Assembly (NCBI GenBank): GCA_965208905.1
Contig: OZ242365.1
Coordinates: 1,664,001-1,728,000, forward strand
Source: Nitrosopumilaceae archaeon
GTDB lineage: Archaea > Thermoproteota > Nitrososphaeria > Nitrososphaerales > Nitrosopumilaceae
DNA length: 64,000 bases
Reading direction: 5' to 3'
The position numbers and the translations under genes were made by a program. Of the stretch, positions 39,666 through 49,381 are shown piece by piece. The notes under the pieces are model-generated. The model made no database searches. It had not been told where the DNA came from and was given only the letters and a program-made list of their open reading frames with translations. The number at the start of each line of letters is the position of its first letter. The first letter of the stretch is position 1.

Positions 39666-39919
39666 TTGAACTGGCAAGTTGACAGCGCCTAGAGTGAAAG
39701 TAAGTAAATTCGGGTTCACCGTGTGGAGAGCAGTAAGCGGACCCCTTTGTTTCCATGGGCTTCGAGCTTTCCAGAGTGGAAACAGGGGTAAAGTATTTCT
39801 ATTTCCGCTCCGCTAAAATAACCTCATTTCCACTCCGCACGCCTAATCACATCGAACCCCTATTTCCACTCTGGGTCACTTTTTTGACAGTTTTGTGCAA
39901 GTCATAGTTCTTGACACCT
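39666..39919. repeat. Composite repeat: TGAACTG-type end, GAGTGGAAA repeats and GGTGTCAAG-type end
   Basis: TGAACTGGCAAGTTGACAGCGCCTAGAGTG; TTTCCAGAGTGGAAACAGGGGT; several TTTCCACTC copies. Confidence 0.75.
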
Positions 39920-39931
39920 CCTTTTCCAGTC

Positions 39932-40432
39932 TTATGGGTCGCTCCTGGCTGGCTTGCCTAGCATCCCTTCCAACTTGTCGCACATCTCTTTGACCTCGTC
40001 CTGAAGGGATGTGTAGTTTGCGGGAATAGGTTTAGGGTCATGATCCTGCCATGAGACTATTCCTAATCTGTCCCTGTTGAACGATTCCAGATAAAGTGAG
40101 TACGTCTTTTTCGACAGCAAGTGCTGGGTTGAGCTGAAGTGGTTGCGTAGCCACTCGTAGTCGGTAGGACTATTCAAAACGTGCGTGCAGTTATTTATTT
40201 TCTTAAAGGCAGGATGGTTCACTGCTCTGTTGTTAGACTCCTTCAGGAACCGCCACAGTGAGGTGTATGCTCCAAGTCGGTCTTGGATGTGGGACTGCTC
40301 CTTTTCCTTTTCCTGTCTTTTCACGGAGCCGTTCGCAATCCACTCGCTACCCAGCACTCCTATAATGCTGCCCATTATGCCACTGATCAGGCTCATTATG
40401 ATCGTTATTAAATTGCCGTCCACTGTCAACAC
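39932..40432 (-). CDS. Hypothetical protein with N-terminal TM helix
   Basis: LITIIMSLISGIMGSIIGVLG. Confidence 0.65.
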   Translation of the reverse strand: MLTVDGNLITIIMSLISGIMGSIIGVLGSEWIANGSVKRQEKEKEQSHIQDRLGAYTSLWRFLKESNNRAVNHPAFKKINNCTHVLNSPTDYEWLRNHFSSTQHLLSKKTYSLYLESFNRDRLGIVSWQDHDPKPIPANYTSLQDEVKEMCDKLEGMLGKPARSDP

Positions 40433-40534
40433 TCTTGGCTGTTCCAGCCGTCCTATGCATGTTGCGGTGTGAATGTTGGTGTATGCCCAGATTCCAGCCG
40501 TGCCGTTGCAATGTACCCGTAAGTTGTCTTAATA

Positions 40535-40993
40535 TTGAACAGGAAACAAATGTACGCCATGAGCAAAGACGATGGAGGCGGGCGAAATAGCCTGACCGAT
40601 GATGAGCAGCGCGTCATGGGTTACTTTGCCAAGGCGGGCGGCGATCGTACGATGGAGGAGATCGTGAGTGGTGTGGATAGGAATGTGTTCAATGCTGACG
40701 CTTTATTTGATGCGAATGTAGATCTTTACTATGACAGGGAAGACGTAGAGACCGCGGTGCATAGTTTGATTGAGAAGGGGTTGCTAAAAGAGGCAGAAGA
40801 TGAGAATGAAACTCGCTACCGCGCAAAGATAACCCGGACGCATGTGCACAACCGTGTTAGCGTAGCCGGAACCAAAACACGCCGGTTTTTGCCGAAGTTT
40901 GGTCGCGTCTGGAAGCCACTAGCGATGGTTCTTGGAATGGTGGCTGCGGTCGTTACGATAACGACTAGTCTATATTTCTTACTGAGTCCGTGA
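40535..40993 (+). CDS. Winged-helix-like protein with C-terminal TM helix
   Basis: LTDDEQRVM...VETAVHSLIEKGLL; hydrophobic C-terminus. Confidence 0.6.
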   Translation: MNRKQMYAMSKDDGGGRNSLTDDEQRVMGYFAKAGGDRTMEEIVSGVDRNVFNADALFDANVDLYYDREDVETAVHSLIEKGLLKEAEDENETRYRAKITRTHVHNRVSVAGTKTRRFLPKFGRVWKPLAMVLGMVAAVVTITTSLYFLLSP

Positions 40994-41292
40994 GCGGTGC
41001 CAAGCGTCGCCCGCGCCGGTACCTGTAGGCGAACAAGTTACGTGTGCTTCTGGCAATTCTTATCATCAGAGTCTATATCCGAGTCAGACTCTTTATCCTC
41101 AATAACCCTATCAGGGCGCGGTGGTCGGATTGTTCTCTTGCATGGATTATAGCGCCTGTATGTGTATGTGTTGATGATCTGCCTGCTAGTTCATGACTGA
41201 TCCTTGTCGGGACCATCACATTCGCCGGCAACGTATACATTGATGATAGCCTGCCAGTTCATGCCCACCTCATGCTGTCCCGTCACCCCGAG

Positions 41293-42105
41293 CTATAGGC
41301 CGTCCGCTGCCTGTCCTGACCATGGTACGCCTCGCTGCAATGCCTTAGCTATTTCGGCGTAAGATGCCAGATCTGGCTTCGTATCCGGAAACTGGTTGTA
41401 CGTTCGCCCGCCTATCTGCCGGCCACCGGATTTTGGCCTAGGTCCGCCCCACTGCTTGAAGAACACCCGTACGTTCTGGCGGATACACTGCTCAATAAGA
41501 TTCCGCACCCATTCTTCTTTGACCGCCCTGTATCTACGGCCGCTCTCCCCACCTATTATGGCCCAATCTATACTTTGCAGATCGACACCTTTTATGTCCT
41601 CAAGCAGTGGCTCAAAGCTGACAAAGCGCATGGAGCACTTTACCCTTCTCAGCTCGCGGATTCTCCAAGTAGTATCGTTGTCTTCAACACTCACTCCCAT
41701 CCATATGTGTTCTGGTATCTGTGACTTGAAGTAACCTTGGAACATCTTGGAGAACTCGTACATCTTCTGCGGGCGCTTGGTTAGTACTTGGTATATGTGC
41801 CAGTCCGCCTTTACCATCGTTAGAAAGCATCTTCCGATAAACTCCATCTCTACATCTTCGTGGAACAGGTCTGACATACTGTTGACGAAGACCTTGCGCG
41901 GCTTTTTCCAATGCATTGGTAGGTCTACCTCATCCTCGTGTTGGGTGAATACGAAATCATTCTTGTATTTTTTAAGTCCCATTGCCTTCAGTCGTTTGGA
42001 AAGTGTTGCAGCGTAGCAGTTTTGGCAACCTTGGGATATTTTGGTGCAACCTGTGGTGGGATTCCAAGTAGCTTCCGTCCATTCTATGCCAGAACTGTTA
42101 GCCAT
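41293..42105 (-). CDS. DUF5131 (Gp37/Gp68) protein, copy 2
   Basis: Same motifs as copy 1; start moved to MANSSGIEW. Confidence 0.93.
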   Translation of the reverse strand: MANSSGIEWTEATWNPTTGCTKISQGCQNCYAATLSKRLKAMGLKKYKNDFVFTQHEDEVDLPMHWKKPRKVFVNSMSDLFHEDVEMEFIGRCFLTMVKADWHIYQVLTKRPQKMYEFSKMFQGYFKSQIPEHIWMGVSVEDNDTTWRIRELRRVKCSMRFVSFEPLLEDIKGVDLQSIDWAIIGGESGRRYRAVKEEWVRNLIEQCIRQNVRVFFKQWGGPRPKSGGRQIGGRTYNQFPDTKPDLASYAEIAKALQRGVPWSGQAADGL

Positions 42106-42323
42106 ACATGAATATTTGGTACCGATGTGGTTATTTAAGGTAGTGAATGCGGCAGTCATATGCAGTATTACTTTGTTCATACAATCCAGGATCACCTGTC
42201 TTGTGATATCAAGACATCATTACCAACATCCAAAGAACGGATCATCTTCAAAACAATTCATCAGGTGATAAGTCGACCAAGGTTTTTGAATGGTTATTAA
42301 CATGGATGAATAAATGAGTCGGT

Positions 42324-43295
42324 ATGGCAGTAAGCAATTTTGATTGGTTAGTAGATAAGTTGCAGGAGATTTCCAGATTTGGTCAGGAAATTAAAGACGA
42401 TGGGATCACAACAGACTATAATTACCATACTGCACTCAAGCTTATTACACTATATTACGTGTCAGATGTTTTTGCCCGCGTTGCAGGGAATAAGAAACGG
42501 GGAATTGAGGGATTTGATGGTGCGGTGTATGTTGATCTGTTTGCTGGTACGGGCCTTGTAAGAGTAGGAAGGGACAAAGACATCGTTGCTGGTTCTGCCG
42601 TATGCGTAGTCAAAAATGAAAGCTTGTTTTCCTATAGCATATTGGTGGAGAAAGACAAACAGCGACATAGTATTCTAAATAGTAGAATGGAAGGAGTCCT
42701 TCCTAAAGACAAGTTCCGTGTTATTAGAGGTGATTCTAATGAGGTAATTGGAGAAGTGATAAAAATCATAGAGGGGCAATTCAAGAACCCCATCGTACTG
42801 GTGTTCGTAGATCCGGAGGGCATGGAAATCCAATTTAGGACGCTGAAAGCACTAAGTGACAAATTCCGAAGTTGTGATTTCCTGATTAATGTTAACGCTC
42901 AGGGTGTACAACGTGTTGCTGGTCAAACCAAGCGAGGAATTCCGAACAGAGAAAGCGCCATAAAGGAATACCTAGAGGAAAATGTACAGACAGTCCTACA
43001 GGAATTGGCAGAGGGAAAACGCGTAGAGGAGAAGTACTCCGATCAGGTAAAGAATGTCCTAGGCAGGAGTGTTGGTGAGGTTATTAAGATTCAAGGTGAC
43101 GGTAGCAGGGCCGCATACTATCTCCTATGCTACACTAGGCAGACACACGGAGGTTCAACATACAGAAATGCATGGACGACACTCAAAAAAAGAATAGAAA
43201 GTCTTGACGGAAATAGTGTACGAAAAGCACTCGATCAGTTGAGTGGGAGGTCGACAACATTGGACCAATACTACGATAGTAAGATAGGGTCATAG
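42324..43295 (+). CDS. tcmP: Three-Cys-motif partner protein (methyltransferase fold)
   Basis: HTALKL, YVDLFAGTG, AGS, GDSN, VFVDPEG; divergent from DUF5131. Confidence 0.85.
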   Translation: MAVSNFDWLVDKLQEISRFGQEIKDDGITTDYNYHTALKLITLYYVSDVFARVAGNKKRGIEGFDGAVYVDLFAGTGLVRVGRDKDIVAGSAVCVVKNESLFSYSILVEKDKQRHSILNSRMEGVLPKDKFRVIRGDSNEVIGEVIKIIEGQFKNPIVLVFVDPEGMEIQFRTLKALSDKFRSCDFLINVNAQGVQRVAGQTKRGIPNRESAIKEYLEENVQTVLQELAEGKRVEEKYSDQVKNVLGRSVGEVIKIQGDGSRAAYYLLCYTRQTHGGSTYRNAWTTLKKRIESLDGNSVRKALDQLSGRSTTLDQYYDSKIGS

Positions 43296-43438
43296 CAGTT
43301 GCACGCCATGTGCTCATAACATCTCCCCCACACTGATGAAGTCTCTACACAAGGAGATTTTTGATTTTGAGTAAACGATTAATGCGGTCTTTGCGGGAGT
43401 AACACAAAATATACATAACCAATCTTCCAATAAAAAAC

Positions 43439-43921
43439 ATGGGTAATCGTAGTTCACTTCTAATCTCGGATCATATACTAAGACGTGCTCCTGACAAACG
43501 GTTAACACCATTTCACTTAATCAAAATGGTTGTCATAGCACATGGTCGTCACCTTGCCACTACAAATGAACCTCTGATAGCAGACCGAATAGAAGCATGG
43601 AAACATGGTCCTGTCATACCTGTACTGTACCATGAACTAAAAATCTATGGCGATGGCCTAGTGCCGACCCTCAGGTATTGTGGTACGCAGGTCAACGAAC
43701 CCATTCGCGATGAGTTCTTTGACACCCTACTGAGTGAGGAGGAACGGCGCATAATAGATGGGGTGGTTTATGATTATGGGGATTGGACGATGGGACAGTT
43801 ATACGAGTTATGCCACGCACCTGGCTCTCCATGGGACATCTGCTATACGGGTGAACTTGGAGTTGAGATACCCGACTATGTGCTTAAACAATACTATATG
43901 GAGGAATTACTCTCCAGCTAA
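43439..43921 (+). CDS. SocA/Panacea (DUF4065) antitoxin
   Basis: LTPFHLIKMV, EAWKHGPVIP, ELCHAPGSPW. Confidence 0.9.
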   Translation: MGNRSSLLISDHILRRAPDKRLTPFHLIKMVVIAHGRHLATTNEPLIADRIEAWKHGPVIPVLYHELKIYGDGLVPTLRYCGTQVNEPIRDEFFDTLLSEEERRIIDGVVYDYGDWTMGQLYELCHAPGSPWDICYTGELGVEIPDYVLKQYYMEELLSS

Positions 43922-44232
43922 TGTCAAAGGCGCCAATTCGGGATGACCGTTTCCGGACACCTAGTCCCCCACCCCGAAGTGAGTTACCATCCAAGACTGA
44001 TAACCCCGGCACAGCCAAAGACGATATCCCAAAATGGATGAAGGTATTAGTAATCGTACATGTGGTTGCCACATATGGCATAATCATTGCACATGGGTTG
44101 GACTTTGTACCGTTTCATTTGGAAGAGGCACCCCTGACAGCCTTGGCTGCCACAGGAATAGGGTCGTCATTGGGGTTGGTAGCCAAGCAGATTACCAAGA
44201 TTGTTGGATTACATATGTTGAAGAAGAACTGA
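43921..44232 (+). CDS. Two-TM protein, putative Panacea-paired toxin
   Basis: TAATG overlap with the antitoxin; two hydrophobic segments. Confidence 0.55.
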   Translation: MSKAPIRDDRFRTPSPPPRSELPSKTDNPGTAKDDIPKWMKVLVIVHVVATYGIIIAHGLDFVPFHLEEAPLTALAATGIGSSLGLVAKQITKIVGLHMLKKN

Positions 44233-44420
44233 TCTGGCATCTAGGTTTGACAACGCCTTTTCTTGGAAACTGGGAAATTATAGGTACAGATTGTATAGTG
44301 GGAAATGGGATACATAACTAAAGGTGTCAAGACATGGTGACCGTAGCGTTCACACATATGCTCCCATGCCTCAAGATTGACTTTTACCGCCTTAAATACT
44401 GCCGATACGTTACCACACAA

Positions 44421-45722
44421 ATGAATTATAGAAAACAGAGAGGCATATTGATAACCAAAAAGAAAAACCAGATACACCGTGTAGATGATATGACATATGA
44501 GGTGTGTTCACAGACTGAACCCGGTGGCAAGTATACGTTGATACGTACATCCAGCAGCTGGGATTGTACATGCCCAGATGATGTCACATACTGCAAGCAC
44601 GCATATGCGCTGGAGGAATACCTTGGTGCAAAGGCGCGGGCCGACCGCGGCATGATGATACACCAGGCTAATAATCAGGTAGAACGTATATCACACGACC
44701 ACTATCTAGTCAAATCACAAAGTACTGATGAATCATACGAAGTACGAGACTTTGGCAGTGGTTGGATGTGTTCATGTCCGGACCACATTCATACAGGCAG
44801 TATGTGCAAACACATTCAAGCCGTACAATGGCATAATGGAGAACGTCAAATCATCGAAAGGCCGGACCAGACAGTCTGCAAGTATTGTGACTCACCGAAC
44901 ATAATCCGAAAGGGAGAACAGTGTGGCAAACGTCGGTTCAAATGCAAGGCGTGTGGTAAATACTTCACCAACAATCTTGGATTCGATGGAATGCGCAACT
45001 CACCAGAACACATTGTTGCCGCCGTAGATATGGTGTTCAGTGTATTGTCGTCACGTAAGGCAGCCAAATCCATACAACGTAAAGGTTGCACTGTCAACCA
45101 TGTCACGGTATACAACTGGTCAGTCAAATATGGTAGGTTGATGGAGACATTCTTTGATACAATTCGGCCACTGGTTGGTGAGTTGTGGCGCACTGATGAG
45201 GTGTACACAAGGATTCGGGGAAATAAACAGTACCTGTTTGCCATGCTGGATGCAGAGACTAGATACTGGATTGCAAAACAGGTCGCTACACACAAGGGTA
45301 CGGATGATGTTAGACCGATGTTCAAGAAAGCCAGACAGATTACCGGTAAAGTTCCGGCCAAACTCATATCTGATGGCGCATCCAACTTTGCCGAAGCACA
45401 CCATGACATGTATGCGCCTAAAAACTTCCTTTGGAAGGACTCTGTACATGAGTCCCACATTAGAATATCTGGCGATGTACACAACAACCAGATGGAGTCG
45501 TTCAACGGCAATACCATAAGAATGCGGGAGAAGGTGATACGTGGGCTGAAAAAAGAGGATTCTGCGATACTGTCCGGCCTACAGATATATCACAACCATG
45601 TGAGACCACATCTGGCGTTGAATGGCGATACGCCTGGTGAGGCTGCTGGGATATACATACAAGGTGAGGACAAGTGGCTTACAATCATTCAGGCCGCCGC
45701 CAAAGCGAAACATTTGGAGTAA
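44421..45722 (+). CDS. IS6-family DDE transposase with two N-terminal SWIM fingers and a Zn ribbon
   Basis: CTCPD...CKH twice; CKYC...CKAC; WRTDE, LISDG, NNQMESFN; start probably MNYRK. Confidence 0.88.
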   Translation: MNYRKQRGILITKKKNQIHRVDDMTYEVCSQTEPGGKYTLIRTSSSWDCTCPDDVTYCKHAYALEEYLGAKARADRGMMIHQANNQVERISHDHYLVKSQSTDESYEVRDFGSGWMCSCPDHIHTGSMCKHIQAVQWHNGERQIIERPDQTVCKYCDSPNIIRKGEQCGKRRFKCKACGKYFTNNLGFDGMRNSPEHIVAAVDMVFSVLSSRKAAKSIQRKGCTVNHVTVYNWSVKYGRLMETFFDTIRPLVGELWRTDEVYTRIRGNKQYLFAMLDAETRYWIAKQVATHKGTDDVRPMFKKARQITGKVPAKLISDGASNFAEAHHDMYAPKNFLWKDSVHESHIRISGDVHNNQMESFNGNTIRMREKVIRGLKKEDSAILSGLQIYHNHVRPHLALNGDTPGEAAGIYIQGEDKWLTIIQAAAKAKHLE

Positions 45723-45892
45723 TTTTTGACTTTTTTTGTTGGGATATCACCGATCATGTGTTGCTGACTTGCTATGTGAGCGGAGTGGAAACGGTGGTCC
45801 AGACTGTACAGTGGAAATAGAGGTCGGAGTGGAAACGTCGGTCGAGTTTCGCGCAGGCGCTATAACTGAACAGGCGCTGTTAACTGAACAGT

Positions 45893-46798
45893 TCACGATT
45901 CCACTTTATACTTTTCAGAGTCGTAATATTTCTTCAGAACTTCTCGTTTAAAGTACACAGGAATAAGGAAATGTGTAGGTCCATCACCTTCATTATATGA
46001 TGCTGTTATGTTATTTCCCTCTTCATCAACACCAACAATGAATTCATAATTTCCTGTACGGAAATCAAGAAGATGTTTGCACTTAGGATATGGGCGTACC
46101 AGATCTTTTCCCAACAACCGACTGAATGTTGGTCTTTTACCTATGTCATAGTCATCTACTGTGAGATCAAATACATAGTTAGAATCAACCAACTTGCGTA
46201 TCAAAGGTTCAATGCCGAGATCTACCAGCGATCGGTCACTGCGTACTCGGTTGTCATGCTGCCTGATCAGAACACGTTTTCTACATGCCAGATAGTTTCG
46301 TAGAAAAGTAGCGCGAATTTCAATTTTTTCGCGGTTTTCTTCATTTATAACTTTGGCTACATCTGTGGTTTCGCCTGCTCCGTCAACCGCCACGTATTTG
46401 CCTTCCTTTACGTCAAAATGTAGGTTGTAGAACAATATGAAGTTCTGGATGAGTTCAAATCTACTTGGCCACGTATCGTTCCAGTGCCTCATGAACGTAA
46501 AGGGCTCAATTCTTACATCACCATTCTTGCCAACATATTCCTCCGTCTGCTCCTCAACACGTATCTTTCCATCATCTTCCCAAACCTCGGTCTTTCCAAA
46601 GTCATTGTAAGCTAACCACTCACTGTTGGCCAGTAGGGCTTCAGGCGAGTCGGTTTCTGCCAAGACACTGGTCATGGAGAGGGATGTCTTCCAACCGTCA
46701 CGTTTAGCCACATCGTACTGCGCTACAGCAATCCAAGGTTCATTCATTGATCTATGCCTTAACCAATCACTAAATTCCAGTATATGTTTGGCGCTCAT
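45893..46798 (-). pseudogene. N-terminal part of the gene split by the 31225-45895 element
   Basis: Its stop codon is the terminal TGA of the inverted repeat; same strand as the 30591 fragment. Confidence 0.7.
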
Positions 46799-47207
46799 AC
46801 CTACGTGATGCCCTTACATTGAATATAACTCCTGTTAGAAATGTGAACTTCCATGTGTCAAGGATGGTTAACCAATCCTGACAGTGTCTAGGTAATGCTT
46901 TTTGGTCTGGGTCAATTATAGTATACTGTCTTATTTACAACGCGTGTCCGCAAACATGCGCGTGAGGTGGGAATATGGGCAACCACAAACCCCTCCAGAC
47001 CGCCACAACTTTCCCACCCAGCCCAGATTAACGACACATACCGTTAATCACATTGAAAAAAATTATTCGGGTGGTTGGTTGTTTACCCAGCCGGTCTTGC
47101 CAGACATGCTCTTACAGCTCGCGCAATCAACAGTCTGCGCCGCCAACATCTGTTGTACAACAGGCTGGCATCTCACGTTAACTTACCGGTTACTACACCA
47201 CCCCCAC

Positions 47208-47222
47208 TGTAACCCATTAACG
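47208..47222 (+). promoter_or_regulatory. Class II promoter motif TGTAACCCATTAACG
   Basis: 30 nt to ATG 47246. Confidence 0.72.
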
Positions 47223-47245
47223 TATCCCATCACCAAGACAATACC

Positions 47246-47428
47246 ATGGAGAAGCCTCACTTTATCTGGTGGTTCGCGCACATAGTGCTGGGTGTGATTA
47301 CCGGACTTGTAGTCTACCTGCTATACAAGGAGAAGAACCCAGTAGCCGCGCGCAGACACCTAATCGGATCTGTAGTCATCATGATTGTGTTTAGCATATT
47401 CTTTCTGTCTCTCACATTTTTAGTCTAG
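47246..47428 (+). CDS. Small two-TM membrane protein
   Basis: Two hydrophobic helices; class II promoter. Confidence 0.7.
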   Translation: MEKPHFIWWFAHIVLGVITGLVVYLLYKEKNPVAARRHLIGSVVIMIVFSIFFLSLTFLV

Positions 47429-48408
47429 TATTTTGATATGCTGGATCCGTTAAGCACGGAGTGCCAGCGCGTGATACATTTTGGAAAGTCAGACCCGTCC
47501 TGCATGGCCAGTATGTCCCGTGTAGCAGGCCGCATAATCTTACCGCCGGGCAGCTCCAGCCTCATGCTTTCACCCATGCACCATCGGCAGAACACGGGTG
47601 CCATCGCGACGGCCTGCCCACCATGTATGCGGCGCAGCATGATTATCGCATCGGACGCATGCTTTTCGTCAAGTCCCCAGCGCTCGGTCAGCTCGTATAT
47701 CGGCTCAAAGCCGATTGCGCGGCTCAGTGTGCATTTGCATGCCTTCATTACCGCGCGTCCGCGCACGCTGCCAAATGTACCTGCAGCATATATGGTCACA
47801 CCCGTCTGGTGTACCGGACAAATATCAACGGGTACGGTCACGAGCACCACTATTCTGTCAACACTCACCTCAAATGCCGCATACTGTATGGTGTCATCAG
47901 GGAACGTATAGTCAATGCCTATGACCTCGCCGAGCAGGGCTCCCGCATACTCCCCGTTTATCGTGTGCAGTGGGTCGAACTGTGGATCCACGCTCATTGG
48001 ACGGCCCAGTATGGTACAGTATAGCCTCTGGACCTCCCCATTGTACAACTCCCACACGTGCCTAGAGTGCACATCAAGACCGGCCGCGCGAGCATCCTCC
48101 GGTACAAGCGGCAGCACGCCGGCCAGTACGCGTTCGGCGCGATGCTCGGCCAGTATGCGGGCGATGCACAGGCCATCCCCACTCATGGGCGGATGGTGTT
48201 CTGGCATTTGAACTCCCAACAGTCGTGTTATGTCGCGCACCCCGTATTCCACGAGTGCGTTGTTTAGTCCTGTCTGTGTATCCTCACTATTCAGTATTAG
48301 TCCACGGAACAGTTCACTGCGGTTTCTTATGCCGCGCTTGGCCATCAACTGGTGCATCATCTCAATCTCCGCATCATTCAGACTGAACGAGATTGGTATT
48401 CTACCCAT
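47425..48408 (-). CDS. Hypothetical protein with N-terminal RHH domain
   Basis: ISFSLNDAEIEMMHQLMAKRGIRNRSELFR. Confidence 0.7.
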   Translation of the reverse strand: MGRIPISFSLNDAEIEMMHQLMAKRGIRNRSELFRGLILNSEDTQTGLNNALVEYGVRDITRLLGVQMPEHHPPMSGDGLCIARILAEHRAERVLAGVLPLVPEDARAAGLDVHSRHVWELYNGEVQRLYCTILGRPMSVDPQFDPLHTINGEYAGALLGEVIGIDYTFPDDTIQYAAFEVSVDRIVVLVTVPVDICPVHQTGVTIYAAGTFGSVRGRAVMKACKCTLSRAIGFEPIYELTERWGLDEKHASDAIIMLRRIHGGQAVAMAPVFCRWCMGESMRLELPGGKIMRPATRDILAMQDGSDFPKCITRWHSVLNGSSISKY

Positions 48409-48625
48409 TCGCCAACATCCCTCCTACCGGCTTGTCCGGCATCATCGCAGTGGGCGGTCCACCGCGCGAAGCGGCCAGCGCCTTGATAACAGCCTCCTGC
48501 AGCAGAATACGGATTAACTCATTCTGGTCTTTGATACCGCGTTTGTCCCTCAACAGGTCCATTCTCTCCAGATCTACTTCGGTGAGATACAGTGGTGTGG
48601 GACGCCGGAGGCTCTCAGGCATCAT
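48401..48625 (-). CDS. RHH-like small protein
   Basis: LYLTEVDLERMDLLRDKRGIKDQNELIRILL. Confidence 0.68.
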   Translation of the reverse strand: MMPESLRRPTPLYLTEVDLERMDLLRDKRGIKDQNELIRILLQEAVIKALAASRGGPPTAMMPDKPVGGMLANG

Positions 48626-48974
48626 TTGCCGCCTCTCGCAGTATGACGCTGATTAACTGGCTATCGTTTTTGATCCCGCTCATCTCCTTCAACCATTCAA
48701 CCCTGCCCTCCGACATGCCGTCCAGACTGGCCAGCACATAACACGGCTTTTCGTCTGGCGGCCATCGTTTCCCGGGAGCATGCCGCATGCGCTCCATCTC
48801 ATCAGCCCCACCACTACAATAATACCACAGCAGGAAGCCCACACCCCAAGCGTTGGGCGTACCATCCCATGTGGTGCCCCGACGCGCGATGTTCCGGGCC
48901 AGCTCCTCATCTGATAACGACATGTCCAAGTCGCGCGGGTCAAACTCCATGCTTTGTATTGCTACGCATTCCAT
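48615..48974 (-). CDS. Hypothetical protein with C-terminal RHH-like segment
   Basis: RVEWLKEMSGIKNDSQLISVIL. Confidence 0.6.
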   Translation of the reverse strand: MECVAIQSMEFDPRDLDMSLSDEELARNIARRGTTWDGTPNAWGVGFLLWYYCSGGADEMERMRHAPGKRWPPDEKPCYVLASLDGMSEGRVEWLKEMSGIKNDSQLISVILREAANDA

Positions 48975-49026
48975 TTAAGGCGCTATATGGGTGTCCCCTT
49001 TTATACCGCCAATACGATACAATCAC

Positions 49027-49377
49027 ATGTTCGGGTGGGGCCGCAAGAAAAAACCAGAGAAAAAGCAGGAGAGCGGCCTGATGTACGCAGGCTCGCCGGC
49101 CACACAGCACAAGGAGGTCGACTTGGGTGAGACACACCATACATACAAGACAGAGGACGGCACGCTATACATGAGGGATACCGCCCTGCACCTGGTGACC
49201 GAGCAGGGCACCATCACTGCGCCATACCATACGATAGATGCATGGGAATATACCGGCAAGTCGTTCCGTGTGTGGTGGACTACATCCACACACAACTATA
49301 CGTTTGCATGCAGGCCTGAGATGTCGCCTGCAGAGGACCTGCAGAACATCATACACAAAAAAACATTTGGGATGTAA
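49027..49377 (+). CDS. Hypothetical protein (PH-like beta fold)
   Basis: ATG 28 nt after CCCC-TTTTATA; GTLYMRDTALHLV...APYHTI. Confidence 0.65.
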   Translation: MFGWGRKKKPEKKQESGLMYAGSPATQHKEVDLGETHHTYKTEDGTLYMRDTALHLVTEQGTITAPYHTIDAWEYTGKSFRVWWTTSTHNYTFACRPEMSPAEDLQNIIHKKTFGM

Positions 49378-49381
49378 AAAA

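Larger units (their letters stand above)
31225..45895. mobile_element. 14.7-kb cargo transposon with perfect 40-bp terminal inverted repeats
   Basis: TGAACTGTTCAGTTAACAGCGCCTGTTCAGTTATAGCGCC at 31225-31264 and its exact reverse complement at 45856-45895. Confidence 0.8.

Noticed and set aside
31266-45845. GAGTGGAAA repeats as degenerate CRISPR repeats
   Set aside because: The GAAA(C) ending is similar, but spacing is irregular, orientation mixed and units short
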